Notes: generated from the sequence alone by a model not told the origin. Positions 51,928 through 61,936 are shown, counted from the stretch's first letter. The stretch: 64,000 nt of DNA from Eubacteriales bacterium (GCA_041672465.1 JBAYZO010000007.1:367-64366); one strand, 5' to 3'. Numbers and translations: made by a program.

Positions 51928-54720
51928 ATGAAAAAAAGATTTATTTCATTTGCTTTGATCTGCGTGATGACCGTTTCGCTGCTTCTTCTATCCGCTTGCA
52001 GCGGTGAAACCAACATTGAGGAAGTACCGGCTCAAATCTATACTTTATACACTATATGCGAAACCGGCACGACAGAAGAAGCTATCCGCGAAGTCGAACT
52101 CGCGCTTAACCGGCTTACATTTTACAAGCTCGGCTATTGCATAAAGCTGATTATGGTTCCGGAAGACGAATATGACGACTTGATCGCGTCAAAGTTGGCG
52201 GAAATTAAAGCCTATAACGACGCTAAAACAGCCAAGGGAAAAACACCGACCTCCAAAGTCAGCTCAAGCGAAGCCGATGAAACCAGCAAAGAGGTTTTCA
52301 CCGGCGAAAAATATATCTCCATGCTTGAAAGAGGCGAAGAATACGAACTAAAAGCGCCGAGACTTGATATTTTCTTGGTTCGCGGCTATGACAATTACAT
52401 AAACTTTGTCGCCGACAACATGCTCGCTCCGCTCACAGATAAACTAAACAGCGAGGCTAAGCTTATAAGGGACTTTGTTTTCCCGACTTTCCTTGACGCC
52501 GCGAACGTTCCCAACGCCAAAGGCACCCGTAAAATCTACGGCGTGCCCATGAACAAGGGCATAGGAAAATACGAATACATTCTTTTTGACAAAGAATATC
52601 TTAAAAAATACTCTATCGACGCCGACACCATGACAAACCTTGAGGACCTTGAATATTACCTTCAGATTATTTTAGAAAACGAGCCCGACGTAGTCCCGCT
52701 GGGGAACATCTTTGACTCCCCGGAGTTTGCTTATCTCTTTGAGAAAGGCTTTTCCGCTTTTATTAACGACGGGACAGCGGTCATTGACACATATTCACAC
52801 AAGGCCGTGCTTGACTATTACACCATGATCACCCGCTACCACGCCATGGGCTATCTTAAAGAAAAAGACTCGGGCGAAAAGTGGGCGGTTAAGTTTATGC
52901 TCGGCACGTTTGAGGATATCGAAACCCTTGAAAAAACCACGGGCCGCAAGTTTGACTACACAATACACTCCTACCCGATAGCGACAAACGAAGACCTGTT
53001 GGAAAACATACTCTGCGTTTCCAACTACACCATAGCGAACGAACTCACCGCCGTGTCGGAAATTCTCCAGTATATTGAAACCAGCCCGGATATCGCGAAC
53101 CTTTTGGCTTTCGGCATTGAGGGAACCAACTATAAACTCAATAACGACAACCAAGTGGTTAAGCTTAACAACACCTATAATATCAGTTTAAATTATATCG
53201 GCAACTCCTTTTTGACTTATACGCTTGAGGGCGAAAACCCCGAAAAATGGGAACACCTAAAGCGCCAAAACACCGATTCGCTTCTCACCACAAAGCTTTC
53301 CGCCTCCGTGGGTTTTGCCTATTATCCGCTTTCGCTCAAAGACCCCAACGGCAGTTCCAAAACTTACTCCGAACCCAACTATATAAATGTCATAAAACTT
53401 CACACAGATGAATTTTACCCGCAAATCATAAACGGAACGCTGCTGGACCTCAATTACGACGCCATTAAAGAGGCCGTCGTGCCCGTCGTCACACAGGCGC
53501 TTACCGCCGACATTATCCAGCGCTATACCGATTCGCTCAACGCGACCGTGACAAAAGAAATGGCGGCAAAGTACGCCGTCGGCACTTCCGTTTATAACGG
53601 CTGGATTCCTATCGCGGAAAAGCAGGCGCTTAAAAAATACAATACCGCCTCAAATCAAAAGAAGATAAAAGACTCGGTTAGGGTTGACATTAACAACAAC
53701 CCCGAATACGAAGACCTTGACAGCGACGAAGTGGAAGCTCTCGTCAATCAGATTTGCACGGAAGAATATCTCACCGAACAGGTGGCGATACGATTCGCGA
53801 CCGAAATCGAGACGGAAATAGCAAAGCTTTTGGTGAACACCCAAGAGAGCAAAACCAAAGAAGACTATAACAATTATATAAAGAGCGAGCAATACACCGA
53901 CCGCCTTTATGAAACCCTTAACTCCGGCGACTGCCTTGAGGAAATCAACTCAATCACCGGCGGGGACGTGTTTAAGTTTTACCCCGACCTTTGCCTTGAA
54001 CAGACAAACGAGCTTATAAAGGCCGAACTTAAAGATAAGATCGATGAATTTTTCGTGGGGCTCAATGACTCGCTCCGCGAGGCCTATAAAGAATTCCAAG
54101 ATGAATACCTCAAAACCTTTATTTTCTCCGACACGGAAAAACGCTCCGAGCCCGATTACAGAAGCTCAATTTCATATGTCGTCGGCAACGCGAAAAGCGG
54201 CAGAACCACAATGAAATCCGCCCTGACGACAGAGCTAAGGAGCATGGTAACCGCAGAGCTCGGCCCTGACGAGTTGCCGGAAAACATATCCGACACCGTA
54301 AAAGACCGCTTTACCCCGAAATGGATTCAGGACGTCGTTATGGACACTTTCTCGTATAACGCCGACCCCGGATTCAAATGCGCAACCGCCACCCCCGCTC
54401 TCCGCGATATTGTCAACGAATACATGACGATTTCACAGGTGGAAGCGATTTATTCAGACATTCTCCTCCAGTCCTTTGAAAAATCCGTGGGGCTTATAAG
54501 CACCATTAAAGTGGAGCTTGCCGACGGAGACGCCAACGGCTCAAACGGCGAGGAAGGCGAAGGCGAAGAGGGCGAGGAGGGCGAAGAGCCCGAGCCAACC
54601 GAAGAAGAACCCATCGACGACACCCTTGTAGACCTTGAGACTGTTGACCTCTACCCCATTATCTTTGTTAAAAGGATCCAAAAACAATACTACGTTTATA
54701 AGCCGCTCCCAACGGCCTAA
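51928..54720 (+). CDS. large lipoprotein (930 aa) with an N-terminal solute-binding-protein-like region and an acidic Glu/Gly-rich C-terminal linker (paralogue 4, distant)
   Basis: ATG 8 nt after GGAGG. Lipobox LLSAC. SBP-like patterns are LDIFLVRGYDNY...MLAPLTD and KIYGVPMNKG. The acidic tract is GDANGSNGEEGEGEEGEEGEEPEPTEEEP. Confidence 0.65.
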   Translation: MKKRFISFALICVMTVSLLLLSACSGETNIEEVPAQIYTLYTICETGTTEEAIREVELALNRLTFYKLGYCIKLIMVPEDEYDDLIASKLAEIKAYNDAKTAKGKTPTSKVSSSEADETSKEVFTGEKYISMLERGEEYELKAPRLDIFLVRGYDNYINFVADNMLAPLTDKLNSEAKLIRDFVFPTFLDAANVPNAKGTRKIYGVPMNKGIGKYEYILFDKEYLKKYSIDADTMTNLEDLEYYLQIILENEPDVVPLGNIFDSPEFAYLFEKGFSAFINDGTAVIDTYSHKAVLDYYTMITRYHAMGYLKEKDSGEKWAVKFMLGTFEDIETLEKTTGRKFDYTIHSYPIATNEDLLENILCVSNYTIANELTAVSEILQYIETSPDIANLLAFGIEGTNYKLNNDNQVVKLNNTYNISLNYIGNSFLTYTLEGENPEKWEHLKRQNTDSLLTTKLSASVGFAYYPLSLKDPNGSSKTYSEPNYINVIKLHTDEFYPQIINGTLLDLNYDAIKEAVVPVVTQALTADIIQRYTDSLNATVTKEMAAKYAVGTSVYNGWIPIAEKQALKKYNTASNQKKIKDSVRVDINNNPEYEDLDSDEVEALVNQICTEEYLTEQVAIRFATEIETEIAKLLVNTQESKTKEDYNNYIKSEQYTDRLYETLNSGDCLEEINSITGGDVFKFYPDLCLEQTNELIKAELKDKIDEFFVGLNDSLREAYKEFQDEYLKTFIFSDTEKRSEPDYRSSISYVVGNAKSGRTTMKSALTTELRSMVTAELGPDELPENISDTVKDRFTPKWIQDVVMDTFSYNADPGFKCATATPALRDIVNEYMTISQVEAIYSDILLQSFEKSVGLISTIKVELADGDANGSNGEEGEGEEGEEGEEPEPTEEEPIDDTLVDLETVDLYPIIFVKRIQKQYYVYKPLPTA

Positions 54721-54734
54721 TCAAACAGACCGGC

Positions 54735-54765
54735 GCGGCGGACGTTTTATCGTCCGCCGCTTTCA
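54735..54765 (+). terminator. intercistronic hairpin terminator (10-bp GC stem)
   Basis: GCGGCGGACG (54735-54744) pairs with CGTCCGCCGC (54751-54760), followed by TTTCAT. Confidence 0.6.
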
Positions 54766-54801
54766 TATACAATGAGCGTAATAAAATTACCGGGGGTTAT
54801 T

Positions 54802-56538
54802 ATGACAAAAAAACATTATTTGCTGACTTTTTTAGCGGGCGTTTTGATTTTTCCCCTCTTTTTGTTTTCGGCGAACGCCGGCGGCGGAAAATTATATGAA
54901 AAGCAACCCGAGCCAAAACCGGAAAGCCTTTTGTCAAAGGGGATTACCCCTATCACCGGCACATTCATTCAGCCGTGGCTGTATACGCACTTCACCCCGG
55001 AGAGGTGGGAAAAAGAGCTTGACTTTTGGGAAGAGCTGGGCGTGGAATATATTATTATGGGGGACACCCTCACCTGCTCCGCCACTCCGATAAACGACCC
55101 GTCAAAGTGGGTTATCACCGCGTATTACGACACAAAAAACCCCTCTTTTAATAAGGGGAAGGATTATTTAAGCCTTATTTTTCAAAAGTGCTCCGAGCGG
55201 GGGATCAAAGTTTTTTCGGGTATAGGCAACACGCTTGACCTCTGGCCATATCTCGGCCCCTCCGCGCCGGGCTTTGACAACGTTTGTACGCTGTTTGCCG
55301 AGGTTGCCGAGGACTTGTACAGCTCTTATTATGAAAAATATCCCGAAACCTTCGCGGGGTTTTATTTCGTGCCGGAATTGTTTAACTCGTCAGCCTTTGA
55401 CACAGAAGCGGCGCGGGGAAAATATGTAACTAAAATCGCCTCCGGTTTTAATATTATTTTTGAAACAATAAACCGCGTTGACAGCTCATTGCCGTTTATT
55501 CTCTCGCCTTATGTCAATATGTTCGGCGGGGATTGGGTTTCAAAGTCACCTCAGAACATATCGCTGTTTTGGAAAGAACTGCTGGCGGAGAGCGGGTTCC
55601 GCGACGGCGACATCCTCTGTCCTCAGGACAGCATGGGAGCCGGCGGGGCTGATTTAACGCTGCTGGGCGAGGTTACCGCCGCGTACAAAGCCGCCGTCGA
55701 CGGCTGCGGGAAAGACATAAAGCTTTGGTCAAACTGCGAGATATTTGAACAGCCGACAGGCAAGTTTTATGATAACTATGACGGCTACGGGTACTGGGGT
55801 TCCGCCACCATTGACAGGATGACAAGCCAGTTTCAGGTTGTCGCGCCGTATGTGGAAAGAATTTTCGCTTTTGCCGCCCCCCATTATCTCTCCCCCAACA
55901 ACACGGTGGACGGGTATTACGACTCTTATAAATTTTATTTGGAACACGGAATACTTGACCCGTCGCCCCCAACCCCGCCAACTGAGTTCAGAACGATTTA
56001 TCAGTTTGTCTCGGGTAAAAAGACGCTTTGCGTTTGCTTTTCGGGGATGTATGACAACCTTGGGATACATAAAGTAAATATTTACAAAGACGGCGAGCTT
56101 TTTACCTACCGTCTCGCCACGCGGAACGAGAGCGGATCTGTGGGCGAAATTTACCCCAACAATTTTATTGACCTTGATTATGACCCGCAAACAAATGAAT
56201 CTGTAACGTATGAGTTTGAGGTGATTGACTGCTCCGGCAATAAAAGCGGCCGGGTTTCATTTACGGTTGAACCCGGCTCGGTGCCTAACAATATCCGCCT
56301 GTCGCCTTTTTACAACGGCCCGACCGAAAACAAGCCGTTTTACCCCGGCGATATTGACGGCGACTTTAAGCTGACGTCTTCGGATCTGGCAAAAGTTAAA
56401 CTGCATATCTTGGGTCTTGACGCCATGGACGATGGCGGCGTAAAGTCCGCCGATATGGACTCAAACGGAGCGGTAAATATAACCGATTATATCACTCTCT
56501 GGCGCGAAGTTAAAAAGAGCGCTGAAACCGATGAGTAA
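54802..56538 (+). CDS. secreted DUF4434-like (GH-like TIM barrel) protein with a C-terminal type-I dockerin
   Basis: Signal peptide ...FLFSANA. ITGTFIQPWLYTHFTPERWEKELDFWEELGVEYII and FAGFYFVPE match the DUF4434 pattern. The dockerin repeats are DIDGDFKLTSSDLAKV and DMDSNGAVNITDYITL. Confidence 0.7.
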   Translation: MTKKHYLLTFLAGVLIFPLFLFSANAGGGKLYEKQPEPKPESLLSKGITPITGTFIQPWLYTHFTPERWEKELDFWEELGVEYIIMGDTLTCSATPINDPSKWVITAYYDTKNPSFNKGKDYLSLIFQKCSERGIKVFSGIGNTLDLWPYLGPSAPGFDNVCTLFAEVAEDLYSSYYEKYPETFAGFYFVPELFNSSAFDTEAARGKYVTKIASGFNIIFETINRVDSSLPFILSPYVNMFGGDWVSKSPQNISLFWKELLAESGFRDGDILCPQDSMGAGGADLTLLGEVTAAYKAAVDGCGKDIKLWSNCEIFEQPTGKFYDNYDGYGYWGSATIDRMTSQFQVVAPYVERIFAFAAPHYLSPNNTVDGYYDSYKFYLEHGILDPSPPTPPTEFRTIYQFVSGKKTLCVCFSGMYDNLGIHKVNIYKDGELFTYRLATRNESGSVGEIYPNNFIDLDYDPQTNESVTYEFEVIDCSGNKSGRVSFTVEPGSVPNNIRLSPFYNGPTENKPFYPGDIDGDFKLTSSDLAKVKLHILGLDAMDDGGVKSADMDSNGAVNITDYITLWREVKKSAETDE

Positions 56539-56553
56539 TGGATATAATACAGC

Positions 56554-57096
56554 CTATTTGCTTAGCTTTTTTGCGTAAACGCTTTGCTGCTTTATAACCT
56601 TTTTAATATATGCCGCGGTCTCGGCGATTGGGATCAAAGTCAGCTTTTCGCCGTCGGGTGAGTATAACGGGTCGGCAAGCCAGCCTGTGACGTTCCCTAT
56701 CCCGGCGTTATAAGCGGCGAGAGCGGTCTCCCAGTTTGACGTCATGCTATAAAGGATTGACAAATAATAAGTGCCGAAGCGAATGTTTGTCTCGGGGTCG
56801 AGTATGTCATATTCGGCAACGCCCAGCCTTTGCGCTATCTCGCCCGCGGTGGCGGGTAAAATTTGCATAAGCCCGACAGCTCCCGCCCTTGACACCGCGT
56901 CTGGGTCATAGCCGCTTTCAACGTTTATCACGGCGCAGATTAAATCCCCCGGGACAGAATAAATATCCGAATACATAAGTATTTCCTCTTTATACCTAAG
57001 CGGGTACTCAACCGCGAAAAAGAGCGAAAACACCGCGAGCGCGACGACAGCAACCACTAAAACGGCCGCAAGGGTAAAGAGCAGCTTTTTCTTCAA
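56554..57096 (-). CDS. lytic transglycosylase (SLT domain) with an N-terminal membrane anchor
   Basis: VINVESGYDPDAVSRAGAVGLMQILPATA and AYNAG motifs. Confidence 0.85.
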   Translation of the reverse strand: MKKKLLFTLAAVLVVAVVALAVFSLFFAVEYPLRYKEEILMYSDIYSVPGDLICAVINVESGYDPDAVSRAGAVGLMQILPATAGEIAQRLGVAEYDILDPETNIRFGTYYLSILYSMTSNWETALAAYNAGIGNVTGWLADPLYSPDGEKLTLIPIAETAAYIKKVIKQQSVYAKKLSK

Positions 57097-57097
57097 T

Positions 57098-57685
57098 TTA
57101 ACCCCCTTTTATACGGGCAAAAACATTTGCCGCTTGTCTTAGCAGTTCGGATATATCGGCGTTGTTTTCAATTATAAAGTCGCAGTTTTTCCTTAGAAAC
57201 GCTGCTGACTTTTGTTTTTTAAGTCTTTTTTCAATCACTTCCCCGCTCACTCCGTCGCGAAGCGAAGCGCGGAGCGCGGCGGCTCTTTTTTTTGACACAA
57301 CCCCGACAGTGTAGTCGCATTCTTTGTCAAAACCCGATTCAAACAGCAGGGGCGCGTCAACGACGGCGAAAGGCGCGCCGGAGGCGCTCAGCCGTTTTTT
57401 TACTTCTTCAATTATATAGCCGTGGGTTATGGAATTTAGCTTTTTATAACTTTCTTCTCCCGACATCGCCAGCGTGAAAAGCTTTTGCCTGTCAAGACAG
57501 CCTGAAGGCTTTAGAATATCCCCGCCGAAATAATCGGCAAGCTCACTCAGGCACTTGCTCCCGCGCGAGGTGACAGCTCTTGCCGCCTCGTCGGTGTCTA
57601 TATAAAACGCGCCGAGGCTTTCCCAATATCGCCCCACGGTCGACTTCCCGCTCCCCGTGGCGCCGCAAAGCCCGATAACCTTCAT
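57098..57685 (-). CDS. coaE: dephospho-CoA kinase
   Basis: MKVIGLCGATGSGKSTV is the P-loop. About 195 aa. The coaE-slt gene order is typical. Confidence 0.85.
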   Translation of the reverse strand: MKVIGLCGATGSGKSTVGRYWESLGAFYIDTDEAARAVTSRGSKCLSELADYFGGDILKPSGCLDRQKLFTLAMSGEESYKKLNSITHGYIIEEVKKRLSASGAPFAVVDAPLLFESGFDKECDYTVGVVSKKRAAALRASLRDGVSGEVIEKRLKKQKSAAFLRKNCDFIIENNADISELLRQAANVFARIKGG

Positions 57686-57705
57686 TTTAACCCCCCGCTT
57701 TTCTT

Positions 57706-58359
57706 TTACTCAAGCGCTTTTTTAATTTGGGACAGACTTATTCCGCCCTCTCTTATCACTTTAATTTCCCCGCCCAAAAGCGATACAATGGTGGAGGGCG
57801 TTCCGCTCCCCGTATTGCCGCAATCTAAAATTGCGTCAACCTTACCGAGAAAATCTTTTTTTATCCCCTCCGGGTCAGTCGGTATGGTTTCCCCAGATAT
57901 ATTCGCCGACGACGCCGCGACGGGAAAGCCCGCCGCCGTAATAAGTCCGACAGCCTCTTTGTTTGAGGGGAACCTCAGTCCGACCGTGCCGCCGCCGCCC
58001 GAGACGACCATACCGATAACGGGTTTTTTCTTCGCGATGACGGTCAGCGGCCCGGGCGTGAATTTACCTATCAATATACGCTCTTTTTCCGTGAGATATG
58101 CTATTTCCTCCGCCTGGTGCAAAGAGGCGACATGGCAGAGCAGCCCTTTTTCAGGCGGGCGGTTTTTAGCGGTAAATATTTTAAGGCAGGCCGTCTCGTC
58201 AAGGGCGTTTGCCCCGATTCCGTACACGGTTTCGGTGGGGAAGATCGCCACTCCGCCTCTCTTTAAAATCCCCGCCATTTCGGCAACGCTTAGTTGCAAT
58301 AAATTGTCTTTTTCGCCGTCTTCGCCGCCGTATGGCGTATATATTGTCGTTTTCATCAA
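57706..58359 (-). CDS. tsaC: L-threonylcarbamoyladenylate synthase (YrdC/TsaC type)
   Basis: GGVAIFPTETVYGIGANALD and SANISGE motifs. Confidence 0.85.
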   Translation of the reverse strand: MMKTTIYTPYGGEDGEKDNLLQLSVAEMAGILKRGGVAIFPTETVYGIGANALDETACLKIFTAKNRPPEKGLLCHVASLHQAEEIAYLTEKERILIGKFTPGPLTVIAKKKPVIGMVVSGGGGTVGLRFPSNKEAVGLITAAGFPVAASSANISGETIPTDPEGIKKDFLGKVDAILDCGNTGSGTPSTIVSLLGGEIKVIREGGISLSQIKKALE

Positions 58360-58450
58360 TTAACCTTTCCTTTTGGCATATTATAGCATAGAACAAGTTT
58401 TTTTCCAAGATAAATTTACTAAAACAAACCCTCTCTTTTGTTAAAAGCCC

Positions 58451-58479
58451 TTGCCTATTTTTTGGCATAATGCTATAAT
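58451..58479 (+). promoter_or_regulatory. sigma-A type promoter of metA
   Basis: TTGCCT (58451-58456), 17-nt spacer, TATAAT (58474-58479). Confidence 0.55.
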
Positions 58480-58529
58480 ATGTGTGAAACCCGATAACTT
58501 TGTTTTTATTATCTGAAAGGATAGATATA

Positions 58530-59450
58530 ATGCCGATTAAAATACCCCAATCGCTCCCCGCCGCGGAAATACTTGAGAGTGAAAATATCTTTGTTATGGA
58601 CGAGGCGCGGGCGGTTTCCCAAGACATTCGCCCGCTTAAAATAGCCATTCTTAATTTAATGCCCAACAAGGAAGTTACCGAAACGCAGATTTTGCGTCTG
58701 CTCTCAAACACTCCGCTTCAAATAGACGTGCAGTTTCTCACCACCGCGTCATATGTGCCTAAGCATACGAGCAAAAAGCATTTGGTCTCTTTTTATAAAA
58801 CATTTGACGAGATTAAACATCAAAAGCAAGACGGCCTTATTGTCACGGGCGCCCCGGTTGAATATCTTGAGTTCGACCAGATCTACTATTGGGATGAGCT
58901 CTGCGAGATAATGAGCTGGGCAAATGAAAACGTCTTTTCCACCCTTTATGTCTGCTGGGGGGCTTATGCCGGGCTCTACCATAACTGCGGCATTAAAAAG
59001 CACCCGCTCGCCGAAAAAATCAGCGGCATCTTCACTCATCGCTCGCTTTTACCCTCGAATCCCCTGCTCCGCGGCTTTGACGAATTCTTTGCCGCTCCTC
59101 ACTCGAGATACTCGTATGTAAAAGAAACGGATATTCAAAACCACCCCGATCTCCTTCTCCTCGCGTCGTCAAGGGAGGCGGGGGTGTATCTCGCCGCGTC
59201 AAAAACCTGCCGTCAGGTTTATGTGATGGGTCACCCCGAATATGACGATATCACGCTTAAGCTTGAATACGAGCGCGACAAGCAAAAGGGACTAAGCGTT
59301 GAGCTGCCAAAAAACTATTTCCCGGCGAATAACCCCAAAAACAAACCCTTTAACACTTGGAGATCTCATTCGCATTTACTTTATTCAAATTGGTTGAATT
59401 ACTATGTCTATCAGATAACGCCATATAACATTGAGGAGATCGGCAAATAG
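58530..59450 (+). CDS. metA: homoserine O-acyltransferase (MetA family)
   Basis: MPIKIPQSLPAAEILESENIFVM...RPLKIAILNLMPNK...VCWGA...HSRY is the MetA signature. RBS GAAAGGA. Confidence 0.9.
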   Translation: MPIKIPQSLPAAEILESENIFVMDEARAVSQDIRPLKIAILNLMPNKEVTETQILRLLSNTPLQIDVQFLTTASYVPKHTSKKHLVSFYKTFDEIKHQKQDGLIVTGAPVEYLEFDQIYYWDELCEIMSWANENVFSTLYVCWGAYAGLYHNCGIKKHPLAEKISGIFTHRSLLPSNPLLRGFDEFFAAPHSRYSYVKETDIQNHPDLLLLASSREAGVYLAASKTCRQVYVMGHPEYDDITLKLEYERDKQKGLSVELPKNYFPANNPKNKPFNTWRSHSHLLYSNWLNYYVYQITPYNIEEIGK

Positions 59451-59451
59451 T

Positions 59452-61002
59452 ATGGAGAGAAGATATCTTCCGGACTTTAAAAACGAGAAAATAAACATTC
59501 ACAACTATGACGTTATCATCGTGGGCGCGGGGATAGCCGGGCTTTACGCCGCGCTCCATATCTCACCGGAAAAAAGCGTCGCCGTGCTGGCGAAAACGCA
59601 TATTGAAGAGAGCAACTCATATCTCGCCCAAGGGGGAATCGCCGCCGTTACCACAAAAGACGACACCTATGTGGCGCATATCGAGGACACTCTGACGGCG
59701 GGCGCGTGGCTGGGGAACAAAAAAGCGGTCGAGGTGCTTGTCGAGGAAGGTCCCTCCGACATTGAGGAGCTTATAAAATTAAAGGTTCCCTTTGACGTCA
59801 ACGCCGACGGCGACCTGCTTATCACCCGCGAGGGGGGGCACCGCCAGCGGAGGATTCTCCACTGCGGCGGCGACGCCACCGGGCGGGAAACCACCAAACA
59901 GCTCGGGATGATAGCCCTCCAGCGTGAAAACCTTGACTTTCACTTTAACACTTTCCTTGTCGATATCCTCACCGAAGGTTCAAGAGCGGTGGGGGTGTTA
60001 GCTAAAAAAGACGATATTTACACGATTTACCGCGCCGAAAGCGTTATTATCGCCACCGGCGGCATCGGGCAGTGTTATAAATACACCACAAACCCCACGG
60101 GCGCGGTTGGCGACGGGATTGCCGCCTGCCGCAGAGCCGGGGCTGTTGTCGCCGATATGGAGCTTATTCAGTTCCACCCCACCACGTTGATTTCAAAGGG
60201 CAACACCGACAGGCTGTTTTTGGTTTCGGAAGCCGTCAGGGGCGAAGGCGCGGTGCTTGTCAATTCAAAAGGCGAAGCTTTTATGAAGGACAAGCATGAG
60301 ATGGCGGATCTCGCGCCGCGGGATATCGTGACCCGCGGGATTATCGAAGACCTTGCGCGAACGGGCGACACCTTTGTTTTTCTTGACTGCTCGTCAATGA
60401 CAAAAGAATTTTTTTCCGGGCGGTTCCCGACTATTTATCAGGAATGCCTGAGGCGTTCAATTAATATCCCAAAAGACCCAATCCCCGTCCGACCCGCCCA
60501 GCATTATCTTATGGGCGGGGTAAGAACCGACCTTGACGGTCAGACAAATATAAGCGGGCTGTTTTGCTGCGGCGAATGCGCGGAAACGGGTATTCACGGC
60601 GCGAACCGCCTTGCCTCTAATTCGCTCCTTGAGTGTTTGGTTTTCGGCAGGAGAGCGGCGACATATATAAACAATAACTACGGAAAAAACTACTCGTCAA
60701 AATTGATGCAAAAAATGACTACAATAAAACATCACGCCCCCATTGATGAGGAAACGCTAAGGGAGTTCGAGCAAAAGATAAAGCAAATCACCCAGTCATA
60801 CGCGGGGGCGATACGAAAAGTTTCAGGTCTTGAAAAAGCCGAAAGTGCCCTTGAACCAATGCGGGAAGCGTTCGGCAAGGCGGAACTGAGAACCGTTTAC
60901 GGCTTTAAGGTGTTTAATATGCTAAGCATTTCGTCGCTGATAATAGACGGCGCGAAAAACAGGCGGCAAAGCGTGGGGGCGCACTATATACTGGAAGAGT
61001 AG
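59452..61002 (+). CDS. nadB: L-aspartate oxidase
   Basis: YDVIIVGAGIAGLYAAL (FAD), HCGGDATG, IQFHPT and RLASNSLLE. It starts 1 nt after the metA stop. Confidence 0.9.
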   Translation: MERRYLPDFKNEKINIHNYDVIIVGAGIAGLYAALHISPEKSVAVLAKTHIEESNSYLAQGGIAAVTTKDDTYVAHIEDTLTAGAWLGNKKAVEVLVEEGPSDIEELIKLKVPFDVNADGDLLITREGGHRQRRILHCGGDATGRETTKQLGMIALQRENLDFHFNTFLVDILTEGSRAVGVLAKKDDIYTIYRAESVIIATGGIGQCYKYTTNPTGAVGDGIAACRRAGAVVADMELIQFHPTTLISKGNTDRLFLVSEAVRGEGAVLVNSKGEAFMKDKHEMADLAPRDIVTRGIIEDLARTGDTFVFLDCSSMTKEFFSGRFPTIYQECLRRSINIPKDPIPVRPAQHYLMGGVRTDLDGQTNISGLFCCGECAETGIHGANRLASNSLLECLVFGRRAATYINNNYGKNYSSKLMQKMTTIKHHAPIDEETLREFEQKIKQITQSYAGAIRKVSGLEKAESALEPMREAFGKAELRTVYGFKVFNMLSISSLIIDGAKNRRQSVGAHYILEE

Positions 61003-61030
61003 GGATTTTTTAAAAATTGAAAGGGGACAG

Positions 61031-61891
61031 GTGAGAAACACAATGGCATTTGCATTTGCATTTACGCTTAATATGTTTGACGACATTATTTACGGCTCGC
61101 TTAAGGAAGACGCCCCGAACGGCGACATAACCTCGCAAATAACGCTTGAACCCGGCGAGAAGATTTCCGGCAGTTTTATTTCCAAAGCCGACGGCATTAT
61201 CTGCGGCATCCCCATCATCAAAAGAACCTTTGAAATTATCGGCGGCGAATTTGAAATCGAGGAAAAACTACGCGAGGGCGACTTCATTAAAAAAGGCACT
61301 GTCATCGCCCGGGTGTTCGGCTCGGCGCGTACCATACTCCTTGGCGAAAGAACGGCGCTCAACCTTATTCAGCGCGCCTCCGGGATTGCCACCGCCACAC
61401 GAAAAGCCTGCGAAGAAGTCGCGGGGTTTAACGCGAAGATTGCCGACACAAGAAAAACCATGCCGCTGCTCCGCGCGCTTGACAAATACGCCGTCCGGAT
61501 CGGCGGGGGGGTAAACCACCGCTTTGGCCTTTCGGACGGCATACTAATTAAAGACAACCATATAAAAGCCGCCGGCTCGGTTAAAAACGCCGTTGAAAAG
61601 GCAAAGCTGACCTGTCCCCACACCTTGAAAATAGAGGTGGAAGTGGAAAACTTAAAACAGCTTGAGGAAGCGCTTTCGGCGGGCGCCGATATTATAATGC
61701 TTGACAATATGTCAAACGCACTTATGCGCCGCGCGGTAAAAATAACAAATAAAAGAGCGCTTCTCGAGGCATCGGGAAACATGGGGGATAAAAATCTTAG
61801 AGAAGTCGCCAAAACAGGGGTTGACATAATCTCGATCGGCGGGCTTACACATTCGGTAAAGGCGCTTGATATAAGCCTTAAATTTGACTAA
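61031..61891 (+). CDS. nadC: nicotinate-nucleotide diphosphorylase (carboxylating)
   Basis: EDAPNGDITS, LLGERTALNLIQRASGIAT, DTRKT and MLDNM motifs. The start is uncertain (GTG 61031 or ATG 61043). Confidence 0.85.
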   Translation: MRNTMAFAFAFTLNMFDDIIYGSLKEDAPNGDITSQITLEPGEKISGSFISKADGIICGIPIIKRTFEIIGGEFEIEEKLREGDFIKKGTVIARVFGSARTILLGERTALNLIQRASGIATATRKACEEVAGFNAKIADTRKTMPLLRALDKYAVRIGGGVNHRFGLSDGILIKDNHIKAAGSVKNAVEKAKLTCPHTLKIEVEVENLKQLEEALSAGADIIMLDNMSNALMRRAVKITNKRALLEASGNMGDKNLREVAKTGVDIISIGGLTHSVKALDISLKFD

Positions 61892-61905
61892 GTCTTGTTG
61901 TTTAT

Positions 61906-61936
61906 TTAACGCCCCGCATGCCTGCCGGGGCGTTAA
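61906..61936. terminator. bidirectional hairpin terminator (nadC / mutS2)
   Basis: TTAACGCCCCG (61906-61916) pairs with CGGGGCGTTAA (61926-61936), an 11-bp stem. Confidence 0.7.

Noticed and set aside
54529-54600. GGCGAAGA/GGCGAGGA-type short tandem repeats.
   Set aside because: They are in frame within the 930-aa lipoprotein and simply encode its Glu/Gly-rich acidic linker. They are not a non-coding repeat array.
57788-58363. 191-aa plus-strand ORF. The overlapping 170-aa minus-strand ORF at 58199-58711 is similar.
   Set aside because: The first is antisense to tsaC. The second is out of frame, runs through the metA promoter and start, and is Arg-rich with no motifs. Both are shadow ORFs.
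58360-58529. Expected SAM (S-box) riboswitch or T-box upstream of metA.
   Set aside because: The leader after the predicted promoter is only ~50 nt, and no S-box or T-box consensus blocks are visible.
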